From Pseudomonadales bacterium (GTDB taxonomy: Bacteria; Patescibacteriota; Microgenomatia; UBA1400; PJMF01), in the NCBI GenBank assembly GCA_020632255.1, contig JACKFX010000002.1:82905-146904 (forward strand): a DNA stretch of 64,000 bases. The letters run 5' to 3'. The notes under the pieces are model-generated. The model saw only the letters and a program-made list of their open reading frames with translations, made no database searches and was not told the DNA's origin. Positions 45,626 to 54,929 of the stretch are shown one piece after another (the first letter of the stretch is position 1; every line of letters starts with the position of its first letter). The position numbers and the translations under genes are program-made.

Positions 45626-47050
45626 ATGAAAGAAAAATACTACATCACCACCACCCTTCCCTATGTTAACGCAGAACCACATATTGGTTTTGCTCTCGAG
45701 ATTGTGGCTGCAGATATGATGGCTCGCTTTCATAGAGACATCCTCAACGAGGAAGTTATCTTTAATACTGGAACTGACGAACACGGACAAAAAATTCACC
45801 AAAAAGCTGAGGAGGCTGGTGCCGATACACAGGTCTATGTCGACGAGTATGCAGAAAAATTTTCTGGACTTCGTGATTTATTGCGTATCGACTACACTCA
45901 TTTTATTAGAACAACAAATCCTGAGCACAAAAAAGCTGCACAAGAATTTTGGAAGCGTTGTGAAGCTAAAGGCGACATCTATAAAAAAATGTACAAGCTC
46001 TCGTACTGTATTGGCTGTGAGCTTGAAAAACAGAGTTCAGATCTTGATGAAAATGGACGCTGCCCACTTCACCCAAACAAAGATCTGGAAATCCGTGAAG
46101 AAGAAAACTACTTCTTCGCGTTCTCAAAGTACCAAGATGCACTCTTAGCACACTATGCTACGCATCCTGATTTCGTAGAACCAGAAAGTAAAATGAAAGA
46201 AATCACCGCATTCGTAGCTAGAGGTCTCAAAGACTTTAGTATCTCTCGCCTCAGCAGCAAAATGCCATGGGGGATACCTGTTCCGGGTGACGAAGAGCAT
46301 GTTATGTATGTTTGGTTTGATGCACTGGTTAACTACATCTCAACCCTAGGCTGGCCAAACGACACCCAACATTTTGAAGCATATTGGCCAGGAGTTCAAC
46401 TTGCTGGAAAAGATAACCTACGTCAACAAGCAGCCATGTGGCAGGCAATGCTTGCCTCAGCTGAACTCCCATTTAGCAAAAAAATTCTCATAAATGGATT
46501 TATTAGTGTAGATGGGCAAAAAATGAGCAAATCACTAGGAAATGTGATCTCTCCATCAGAGATGGTGAACCGCTATGGTAGCGAAGCCACTCGTTTCTTA
46601 CTCATGGAACTCGGCCCATTTGGCACAGATATGGATGTAACCTGGGAAAAACTTGACACTACGTACACAGCCCTTCTCTCGAATGGTATCGGAAACGTCT
46701 GTTCACGAGTAGCTAAGATGTGCGAGAAGAATGGTTCAGAGTTTATTGTCAATGAAATCGAAGTTCCCCAAGAGTATTCCACTGCCCTCTCCAAGTACGA
46801 CATCTCTAGAGCTATCAGAATCATTACAGAGTATGTCAGTGATATTGATCTCTATCTGAGTGAAAACCAACCATGGACCAAAACAGGTGATGACCAAACA
46901 GCACTCCTCCAAACGTCGGTCGAGAGAATTCGCACGTTAGCCGCCATGCTCGTTCCAGTCATGCCAGGAACCGCACAGAGTATTAGTGATCTATATACAC
47001 AAACTCACATCGTTGCTTTAGATCCACTTTTCCCTCGCCTACCAAAATAG
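45626..47050 (+). CDS. metG: Methionyl-tRNA synthetase, short form
   Basis: Class I aaRS HIGH-type motif (PYVNAEPHIGFALE) and KMSKS. CxxC knuckle CIGCELEK. Start MKEKYY. Confidence 0.9.
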   Translation: MKEKYYITTTLPYVNAEPHIGFALEIVAADMMARFHRDILNEEVIFNTGTDEHGQKIHQKAEEAGADTQVYVDEYAEKFSGLRDLLRIDYTHFIRTTNPEHKKAAQEFWKRCEAKGDIYKKMYKLSYCIGCELEKQSSDLDENGRCPLHPNKDLEIREEENYFFAFSKYQDALLAHYATHPDFVEPESKMKEITAFVARGLKDFSISRLSSKMPWGIPVPGDEEHVMYVWFDALVNYISTLGWPNDTQHFEAYWPGVQLAGKDNLRQQAAMWQAMLASAELPFSKKILINGFISVDGQKMSKSLGNVISPSEMVNRYGSEATRFLLMELGPFGTDMDVTWEKLDTTYTALLSNGIGNVCSRVAKMCEKNGSEFIVNEIEVPQEYSTALSKYDISRAIRIITEYVSDIDLYLSENQPWTKTGDDQTALLQTSVERIRTLAAMLVPVMPGTAQSISDLYTQTHIVALDPLFPRLPK

Positions 47051-47053
47051 ATC

Positions 47054-47932
47054 ATGCCCATTTTTGACACACACTGCCACTATAACCTTGACCCAATCCT
47101 TGGTGAATGGCAAACACAGTGGCACCTCGCACAAAAAAATGACATAACTCACACCACTATAGTTGGCACTGACATCCAAACAAGTAAACAAGCACTTTCT
47201 ATCGCAAAAAACTCCAAAAACCTGTTTGCAAGTATTGGATACCATCCAGGAACATTTGAAGAACACGCACCAGACTTTGTTGAAGGTCAAACTGTCTATT
47301 CAGAGCGAATTAATACTGAACTGAAGCTTATCAAAAATGAATTGCTAGAAATGGTTTCTACAGGTCAACCAATCGCGATTGGTGAAATTGGTCTCGATTA
47401 CTACCGACTACGTTCAAAAGGACTCAAACGAGAAGTCCTGAGTGATTTGCAAAAAAAAGCTTTCAAGCTACAACTTGAAATCGCGGCTGCTCACAACCTT
47501 CCAGTCATTTTGCATGTTCGCGACCAAGCAGAACGAACACATTCTAATGCCTACCTGGAAGTACTCGAGATCATCAAACAAACCACTCCTAAAAAGTTTG
47601 TGCTCCACTGCGTTTCTGGACCGCTTTCATACATTACAGCAGCTCTTGAGCTTGGTGCGTATATTGGATTTGACGGCAACATTACGTATCCTCAGGCAAA
47701 ACACATCCGTGAAATCTTTTCAATCACTCCAACAGATAAAATTCTCCTCGAAACTGACGCTCCGTATCTTGCCCCAGAACTCCATCGTGGTAAAATTTGT
47801 GAACCTTGGATGATTACGGAAACAGCCAAGTACCTCGAAGGAGAACTCAAAACTGATCTTGCTCAGATATACCATAACAGCTTTTCTTTTTTCGATATCA
47901 ATAATAATGCTAGAATAAAACAGTATGGGTAA
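47054..47932 (+). CDS. tatD: TatD-family metal-dependent hydrolase/DNase
   Basis: 292 aa. N-terminal FDTHCH, GEIGLDY, HVRD and FDG, the TatD signature set. Confidence 0.85.
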   Translation: MPIFDTHCHYNLDPILGEWQTQWHLAQKNDITHTTIVGTDIQTSKQALSIAKNSKNLFASIGYHPGTFEEHAPDFVEGQTVYSERINTELKLIKNELLEMVSTGQPIAIGEIGLDYYRLRSKGLKREVLSDLQKKAFKLQLEIAAAHNLPVILHVRDQAERTHSNAYLEVLEIIKQTTPKKFVLHCVSGPLSYITAALELGAYIGFDGNITYPQAKHIREIFSITPTDKILLETDAPYLAPELHRGKICEPWMITETAKYLEGELKTDLAQIYHNSFSFFDINNNARIKQYG

Positions 47933-49430
47933 CTTTTTACGTAGATATATCACCAGACATCCCGTTCGCTCCCAACGTTTTTTAGAAATTCTTCCAGGAG
48001 TTGTTTCTTGGTCTTTAATTCTTTTTCCGTTCTGGGGTTCTTTAATTATCCCAGAATTCGTTGCCTACTTTGTAATCACCTTTGCCGTCTACTGGCTCTA
48101 CCGCTCGCTGAGCATGTCGGTACTTGCGGTGCTCGGACACTTCAGAATCAAAGCCGCAACCAACTTTGACTGGATTGCTGATCTTAAAAAAAACTTCCCC
48201 AAAAACTGGAATAGTATTCACCATATTATTGTGATCCCCACCTACAAAGAGCCTCTGGATACCCTTGAACGCACTCTTGATGGTCTCTCCGGACAATCAT
48301 ACCCCCTCAAAAATCTTCACATTATGCTTTCTTTTGAAGAACGCGAAGGCAAAGAGGCGGATGAAAAAGCTACCTATCTTGTGAAAAAGTATGGCAAGGT
48401 CTTTGGAAATCTCTGGACAACCAAACATCCTGACATTGAAGGTGAAGTAAAAGGCAAATCTTCAAATACTGCTTGGGGCGCTCGAATCGCAAAAAAAGAG
48501 CTTATCGACAAACAGGGTCTCGACCTTAAGAAAGTCACCATCAGCAGCGAAGATGCTGATGCACTCTTCCACAAAGACTACTTTGCCAATGTTGCCTTTG
48601 AGTTCTTAACAACCGACGATCCGTTTAATAAAATTTGGCAGGGCGCTGTTGTGTTCTACAACAATATTTGGAAAGTACCTCCTCCAATTCGTGTCTTAGC
48701 ATCAATGTTCTCAGTGATTCAAATTCACATCTTGATGCGTAGCGATCGCCTCATTAACTTCTCAACCTACACAACTTCACTCAAACATGTTGTTGATATT
48801 GATTTTTGGGATACAAACGTCATCCCCGAAGACTATCGGCTCTTCTTCAAGTCATATTTTACCAAAAAAGGAGATTTTGAAGTGAAACCGATTTTCTTAC
48901 CAATTTTTTCTGACGCAGCAGAATCAAACACTTGGTGGGAAACCTTTGTTAATCAGTATGAACAACTCAAGCGCTGGGCATGGGGCGTAAGCGATGATGC
49001 GTATATTATTAAACAATACATCATGGCTACCGAAATTCCCTTCTGGGAAAAAACTGTCCGTGTCTCCAAAACCATCGAAGATCACTTCTTGTGGCCAGTT
49101 AACTGGTTTATTGTCACCATAGCTGCTTTTCTTCCACCACTATTGAACCCAGCATTTAACCGCACTACTATAGGAAAAACACTTCCTCAAGTGACTTCAT
49201 CACTATTAACACTCTCTCTCATCTCCATGGTGATTATCTTTATTATTGATGCTGTTAATAGACCACCACGGCCAAACCGCCGAAATGCATTCTCTTACAT
49301 CATGCAACCACTCGAATTCTTCTTACTTCCAATTATCGGCTTCTTCTTCTCTGCATTGCCTGGAATCGACGCGCACACCCGCCTGATGCTGGGAAAATAC
49401 ATTGAGTATCGTGTAACAGAAAAAGTCTAA
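47925..49430 (+). CDS. Processive family-2 glycosyltransferase (cellulose/chitin/hyaluronan synthase-like), membrane-integrated
   Basis: 501 aa. GT-A motifs IVIPTYKEP, EDAD and the QxxRW motif QLKRWAWG. TM helices at both ends. Confidence 0.65.
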   Translation: MGNFLRRYITRHPVRSQRFLEILPGVVSWSLILFPFWGSLIIPEFVAYFVITFAVYWLYRSLSMSVLAVLGHFRIKAATNFDWIADLKKNFPKNWNSIHHIIVIPTYKEPLDTLERTLDGLSGQSYPLKNLHIMLSFEEREGKEADEKATYLVKKYGKVFGNLWTTKHPDIEGEVKGKSSNTAWGARIAKKELIDKQGLDLKKVTISSEDADALFHKDYFANVAFEFLTTDDPFNKIWQGAVVFYNNIWKVPPPIRVLASMFSVIQIHILMRSDRLINFSTYTTSLKHVVDIDFWDTNVIPEDYRLFFKSYFTKKGDFEVKPIFLPIFSDAAESNTWWETFVNQYEQLKRWAWGVSDDAYIIKQYIMATEIPFWEKTVRVSKTIEDHFLWPVNWFIVTIAAFLPPLLNPAFNRTTIGKTLPQVTSSLLTLSLISMVIIFIIDAVNRPPRPNRRNAFSYIMQPLEFFLLPIIGFFFSALPGIDAHTRLMLGKYIEYRVTEKV

Positions 49431-49511
49431 ACTCTCAATGCTCTCTCTCCTCTAGATATCCGCCCTCAAAATAAGGTATAGTGTTCCTAGTAACATCTAC
49501 ATGGTAAAACT

Positions 49512-51128
49512 GTGAAACAATTTCTCAAACACATCATTAAAATCGATAGACTACTTGATCAACAATGGCCATTATTTGTAGCCCTTGTCTTACTTTTTGT
49601 GCTCAGAGTTCCAAACCTAGTCGAACCCTATTGGTATGGTGACGAAGGCATTTACCTAACAATTGGACAGTCAATGAACAAAGGTGTGCTTCTGTACCAA
49701 GAAATTATTGACCACAAAACTCCTATTATTTACTTCTTAGCTCAGACTCATACCCAACTTAATTTTCGATTACTATTAATTGGCTGGATGTTGGTAACAA
49801 CCGCGGCATTCTATTACTTCGCTCAAAAACTTTTTGCAGGTAAGCGACTACCAGCATTCTTAGCAACTCTAGTCTTTGTAGTAGCAACGACACTTCCTTC
49901 CTTTGAAGGGAATATTCCAAATGGAGAGCTTTTTGTCATGGGCTTTGTACTTATGGGCTTGCTCATTTTAAGTAGAACAGAGTATGTTGCACAATTGCTT
50001 GAATCAAAGAAAGTGCTTACAACTCATTCATGGTTTGCTTATTTGACTTCTGGAGTGTTTCTTTCACTCGGAGTACTAACTAAAGTACCTGCCATTTTTG
50101 ACATTGCTGCAGCACTTGGATTTGGCTACTTTGCCACCACCAATGCCTGTTTAGCAACAAAAAAGAAAAGGGCTGGAGAACTCATTAAAAGAGTTAGCGC
50201 CAACCTTCCAGTATGGATTGTCATGGGAGTAGGTATTTTGATTCCTATTGTAATTTCTATTGTTTACTTCGTTTCAAAAGGAGCTGGCCAAGCATATCTT
50301 GATTTTGGCTTACTCTATAATTTTAGATATGCCGGTAGCTGGCAACTTCCATTTACCAACCCACTCTTACTCTTTTTCTTTACACTCCAAGGAAAAGTTG
50401 TGGCCATGGGACTACTCACTCTGGTGCTTACACTCTTGAGGAAATATGTCACCCCTGCCTATCAGTTCATACTCTTTTGGTTTGGTCTGTCATTATTTGC
50501 CAGTCTGCTCTCAAACAGACCTTACCCACACTATTACCTCCAAATAGTACCTGCATTTTCATTAGTAGTGGCCGGCACTCTCTCCGAAGGCTATAGCATT
50601 CTCACTTCTCTAAAGAAAAGGGCTACCAATGTTCTCGGCCCCCTGCTCGGACTGGGTCTGTTAGGAATATTTTTTGCCATTCTCGTACTTTTAGATGTAC
50701 GCCCCTATCCGAGTTTGGGCTACTACACGTCATTCATGCAACTAGCTCAAGGAAAAATAAGTGTAGAAGAGTACAACCAGCGTTTTGATGTGCACATGCG
50801 CGACAACTACAAGGCAGTCGATGTAATGAAAGTATGTCCCGACGATCATCTCTTTATTTGGGGAACAAACCCTATGCTGTATGCACTTTCAGATAGAATT
50901 CCAACTGGCAGATTCACGGTTTCATTCCACATTAAAGACTTTGACGCATACGACGAAACCTACAATGATCTTGTCGAAGATGCTCCAAGCTTTATAGTTG
51001 TAATGAACAGTGAAACCAGTGACTTCCCAGAATTCTATGAATATCTCAGTGAAAACTATCGGCAAACCCCAGTTGAGTTTGACAATTTTACTCTGTGGAA
51101 TAGAATGGACTGCAAGGTTACGGAGTAA
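49512..51128 (+). CDS. GT-C fold glycosyltransferase (ArnT/PMT-like); GTG start
   Basis: 538 aa, more than 10 TM. First periplasmic loop carries WYGDEGIY (DE motif). Confidence 0.55.
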   Translation: MKQFLKHIIKIDRLLDQQWPLFVALVLLFVLRVPNLVEPYWYGDEGIYLTIGQSMNKGVLLYQEIIDHKTPIIYFLAQTHTQLNFRLLLIGWMLVTTAAFYYFAQKLFAGKRLPAFLATLVFVVATTLPSFEGNIPNGELFVMGFVLMGLLILSRTEYVAQLLESKKVLTTHSWFAYLTSGVFLSLGVLTKVPAIFDIAAALGFGYFATTNACLATKKKRAGELIKRVSANLPVWIVMGVGILIPIVISIVYFVSKGAGQAYLDFGLLYNFRYAGSWQLPFTNPLLLFFFTLQGKVVAMGLLTLVLTLLRKYVTPAYQFILFWFGLSLFASLLSNRPYPHYYLQIVPAFSLVVAGTLSEGYSILTSLKKRATNVLGPLLGLGLLGIFFAILVLLDVRPYPSLGYYTSFMQLAQGKISVEEYNQRFDVHMRDNYKAVDVMKVCPDDHLFIWGTNPMLYALSDRIPTGRFTVSFHIKDFDAYDETYNDLVEDAPSFIVVMNSETSDFPEFYEYLSENYRQTPVEFDNFTLWNRMDCKVTE

Positions 51129-51135
51129 GAATACT

Positions 51136-51498
51136 ATGCCAATTTCTAAGACATCGCGATTTCAACAGTTGGTCGCATCAGAAATTCGCTTTCCGCTTGC
51201 TACTATTCAAGTAATTAGTGTGCTCTCGATCATTATAGCCACACTTGGATACTTCATACTTCCACCACAAATTCCGCTTTTCTACTCACTCGCACAACCA
51301 ACGCAACAACTTGTCCCAAAGCCCTTTATCGGTATCCTTCCGGGGATTGCGGTGCTATTTGGCACCCTCAATAGCATCCTTTGTATAGAAATGAGAAGGT
51401 ATGATCAGCTCCTGCTCAAACTCTTTGCTTGGTTTGCAGTTGTTATTTCTTTGGTGGTACTTTTTTCTTTACTAAGAATTATCTATATCTTACTGTAA
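51136..51498 (+). CDS. Small membrane protein; hypothetical
   Basis: 120 aa from MPISKTSRF. GGAG 10 nt upstream. 3 TM. Confidence 0.4.
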   Translation: MPISKTSRFQQLVASEIRFPLATIQVISVLSIIIATLGYFILPPQIPLFYSLAQPTQQLVPKPFIGILPGIAVLFGTLNSILCIEMRRYDQLLLKLFAWFAVVISLVVLFSLLRIIYILL

Positions 51499-51499
51499 C

Positions 51500-52555
51500 A
51501 TGTGGGCACTTTTCTTTTCATTTACAATCGCTCTCCTTATTGCTCCCTTATTAATTGCACTGTACACCAACTATGGCTGGGTAGATGATCCTGCAACTGA
51601 CACACATGTAAAAAAGACTCACTCAAAACCAGTTCCGAGAGGTGGAGGACTCGTCATCTTTGGATCTTTCTTGGTCTCAGCAATGTTCCTCTTAGAAATA
51701 GACAAGTATTTAATTGCAATTTGCGTTGCAGCCCTACTCTTAACTATTGTTGGGGTCCTGGACGATATTTTCGATATCGATCCAAAAATTCGGCTCATCA
51801 CTGGCTTGACAGCTGCTGGAATCGTTGTGGCGGCTGGTATTGGCATTGCCTATGTAAGTAATCCGTTTGGTGATGGCGTCTTCCACCTTAACCAACCTCA
51901 AATTGCCTTTCACCTTTTTGGAGAACTCCATACTATTTGGGTACTTGCAGACATATTTGCACTCATTTTTATACTCTGGAACATGAATAGTGTTAACTGG
52001 TCAAAAGGGGTTGATGGCCAACTACCAAGCTTTGTTTCGGTGGCGATGATTGTGATTGCCTTACTTTCAGGGCGGTATGCTGCAGATCCAACACTTTTTG
52101 ACACAACAACTTTTTCGTATATTATTGCTGGTTCATTTTTAGGACTGCTAGTCTGGAACTGGTACCCGCAAAGAATGATGCCTGGTTATGGTGCAGGCTC
52201 GCTGGCAGGCTTTTTCTTAGGGGTCGCAGCTATAATAAGTGGTGCCAAAGTTGCCACAGTAGTAATTGTACTTGGTGTTCCCACAGCAGATGCACTCTTT
52301 ACCATCGCCCGCAGACTAGCACGGGGAAAATCTCCACTTTGGGGTGACAGAGGACATCTGCATCATATATTACTTGACTACTATCATCTAAGCCGAAAGC
52401 ACATTTCACTTATCTATGTTGGAACAACACTAGGTTTAGGACTTGCCGCCCTCTATTTGAATACTGTCGGAAAAATGATTACAATGGCAGTAGTTTGTAC
52501 AGTGGTCTTTTTTGTGCACATTCATGCACGAAAAATTCAGAAAGCAAAACGGTAA
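51500..52555 (+). CDS. Polyprenyl-phosphate N-acetylhexosamine-1-phosphate transferase (GT4, WecA/MraY family)
   Basis: 351 aa, about 10 TM. Cytoplasmic loop motifs PVPRGGG, GVLDDIFDI and a later His-rich region typical of the MraY/WecA superfamily. Confidence 0.7.
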   Translation: MWALFFSFTIALLIAPLLIALYTNYGWVDDPATDTHVKKTHSKPVPRGGGLVIFGSFLVSAMFLLEIDKYLIAICVAALLLTIVGVLDDIFDIDPKIRLITGLTAAGIVVAAGIGIAYVSNPFGDGVFHLNQPQIAFHLFGELHTIWVLADIFALIFILWNMNSVNWSKGVDGQLPSFVSVAMIVIALLSGRYAADPTLFDTTTFSYIIAGSFLGLLVWNWYPQRMMPGYGAGSLAGFFLGVAAIISGAKVATVVIVLGVPTADALFTIARRLARGKSPLWGDRGHLHHILLDYYHLSRKHISLIYVGTTLGLGLAALYLNTVGKMITMAVVCTVVFFVHIHARKIQKAKR

Positions 52556-52559
52556 CTCT

Positions 52560-53513
52560 ATGAACCTTTTCGTCGGTATTATCAAGACTGCACGCCCACA
52601 ACAATGGCTCAAGAATGTAGCACTCTATGCAGCTTTAGTTTTTTCTGGATTTTTCTTTTATGATCCAGTTGATGCCCCACCCTATTTTGTAACGGTCACC
52701 TATGCCTTTGTGGTATTTTGTGTGCTCACTTCAAGCATCTACTTTATTAATGACATTTTTGACTACGAAGCAGATAAAAAGCATCCTTTCAAAAGTAAGC
52801 GTCCAATTCCGAGTGGTGTTTTATCACGCAAACTTGCAATGGTACTAGCAGCTATTGGATTACTAACAACACTCATTCTATCCTTTCAGTTCTCCGCATT
52901 TTTCCAACTCTTAATTTTGGGATACGCTCTTTTACAAATTTGGTATTCTAAACAACTTAAGCATATTCCGATCCTTGATATTAGCACTATCGCTACTGGT
53001 TTCTTGATTAGAATTTATGCTGGTGCAGTGGTGGTCAACTTACATATGAGCGTTTGGTTTTTACTCACCGTTATCTCTGCATCACTCTTCCTGGCAGTTG
53101 GAAAACGTCAGAGTGAACGTACTCTTTTGCAAGGAAATGAAGATATTTCTGTCGGCGAAACTAGAAAAATTCTTACCCGCTACACAGAACGTTTACTGGA
53201 CCAGTACACCAGTATGTTTGGTATGGCTACATGGCTTACCTATGCACTGTTCGCCTTTCAAAATGAAATAAGTCCACCTGAACGAGTGTCAGCTGATATC
53301 TATACCTACCTTCCAAAAGCCTTACACAGTCAAAAATTATTAATGTTGACTGTGCCGTTAGTAATCTTCGGAGTCATGCGTTACTTACAACTCATTTATG
53401 AAAGTAATAAAGGTGAATCTCCAGAAAAAGTTCTCCTTCAAGATAAACCGCTCAAATATACCGTTGGCCTTTTTGGTGCACTAGTCATGATCATTATCTA
53501 CGTACTGACTTAG
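52560..53513 (+). CDS. UbiA-family prenyl-phosphate pentosyltransferase, decaprenyl-phosphate phosphoribosyltransferase-like
   Basis: N-terminal ARPQQWLKN. Asp-rich motif NDIFDYEADKKHPFKSKRPIPSG. Nine TM. The pattern matches the DPPR-synthase branch of UbiA as I recall it. Confidence 0.6.
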   Translation: MNLFVGIIKTARPQQWLKNVALYAALVFSGFFFYDPVDAPPYFVTVTYAFVVFCVLTSSIYFINDIFDYEADKKHPFKSKRPIPSGVLSRKLAMVLAAIGLLTTLILSFQFSAFFQLLILGYALLQIWYSKQLKHIPILDISTIATGFLIRIYAGAVVVNLHMSVWFLLTVISASLFLAVGKRQSERTLLQGNEDISVGETRKILTRYTERLLDQYTSMFGMATWLTYALFAFQNEISPPERVSADIYTYLPKALHSQKLLMLTVPLVIFGVMRYLQLIYESNKGESPEKVLLQDKPLKYTVGLFGALVMIIIYVLT

Positions 53514-53525
53514 AATTGAGATGTG

Positions 53526-54926
53526 ATGGATACTCAGGTTTTTAAAAAACAGTACAAAACTCTTTTGCTAGTCATACTTTTTTTTGCGTTCTTCACTCGT
53601 GTGTATCGCCTTCACGTACCCGAGCGCTACATTTTTGATGAGGTGTACCACTCTGTAACTGCAAAACTCATTGCCCACAATGATCCACGTGCTTTTGAGT
53701 GGTGGAACCCAGCACCTGAACCTGATACAGCTGTCGATTGGTTACATCCTCCACTAGCAAAGTATACACAGGCAGCAAGTATGCTGATATTTGGAGAGAA
53801 CTCATTTGGTTGGAGAATTAGTTCTGCTCTCTTTGGTGTAGGAGTACTGTATCTTATTTCATTATTATCTTTACAACTTACAAAAAACCATGCTATTTCA
53901 CTCTTGGCAACCCTACTTGCTAGCCTTGATGGTTTGTTGTTAGTCATGTCTAGAATTGCTATGAATGATATTCACGTTACGTTTGCGATTTTGTTAACAG
54001 TAATTCTCTATCTCAAAACTAAGCCATTTGAAGAAAAGCGAAAACCTCTTGAATCACTAAAATGGTACCTGTTCACCGGCATCAGCGCTGGTCTTGCTAT
54101 GGGAACTAAATGGTCCGGTGTTTTTGTACTGGGAATACTGTATGTCTACGAGCTGCTCTCAATGCTTGAAGTTGTTGGAAACATATTACATGCCAAGAAC
54201 AAAAAAACAATACAGACTCACCTCAAACAGCTGATCCAACATGGAGCTATTGTTTTGTGCTGTTTTGTAATTCTCCCATTAACTGTCTACCTTTTGAGTT
54301 ATGCACAAATGTTTTTGCAAGGCAAAGACTTAAATCATCTCAGAGAACTTCATAAACAAATCTGGTGGTACCAAAGCAACTTAACTGCGACACACACCTA
54401 TCAATCTACTCCACTCGAATGGATTATTAACAAGAGACCAGTTTGGTTCCATGTGTCATATGGTTCAGGAAAGCGAGCAGACATCTATGCACATGGCAAC
54501 TCAATCCTTTTGTGGTCTGGGTTAGTCACAGTTGTTTTGACTTCTCTAAGCATCCTCAAAAGACTACTAAATAGCACAGATGCAAAAAAGCCACTTGAAA
54601 CAATTACACGGATAATACGAACACCACTCACCTACCTATTGATGGGATACTTTGCCACCTGGATCGTGTGGATTCGATCGCCTCGCATCATGTTCTTTTA
54701 TCACTACACTCCTGCAATTCCATTTTTAGTGATACTACTAGCCTACGGCTTATACAAACTCACCATGCTGCCGGAAAAATATCAACCACTGGCTCAAGCC
54801 ACTGCCCTTACCACAGTTAGTCTAGCAGCGCTCTATTTTATAGTTTTTTTTCCACACTGGACCGCACTCCCAATGCCAGCTCACTTCGTCAACTCAGTTT
54901 ACTTTATGTTTGAATCTTGGAAATAA
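53526..54926 (+). CDS. Dolichyl-phosphate-mannose protein mannosyltransferase-like GT-C (GT39/PMT family)
   Basis: DE motif YIFDEVYH in loop 1. More than 10 TM. PMT-like C-terminal region. Confidence 0.7.
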   Translation: MDTQVFKKQYKTLLLVILFFAFFTRVYRLHVPERYIFDEVYHSVTAKLIAHNDPRAFEWWNPAPEPDTAVDWLHPPLAKYTQAASMLIFGENSFGWRISSALFGVGVLYLISLLSLQLTKNHAISLLATLLASLDGLLLVMSRIAMNDIHVTFAILLTVILYLKTKPFEEKRKPLESLKWYLFTGISAGLAMGTKWSGVFVLGILYVYELLSMLEVVGNILHAKNKKTIQTHLKQLIQHGAIVLCCFVILPLTVYLLSYAQMFLQGKDLNHLRELHKQIWWYQSNLTATHTYQSTPLEWIINKRPVWFHVSYGSGKRADIYAHGNSILLWSGLVTVVLTSLSILKRLLNSTDAKKPLETITRIIRTPLTYLLMGYFATWIVWIRSPRIMFFYHYTPAIPFLVILLAYGLYKLTMLPEKYQPLAQATALTTVSLAALYFIVFFPHWTALPMPAHFVNSVYFMFESWK

Positions 54927-54929
54927 AAA

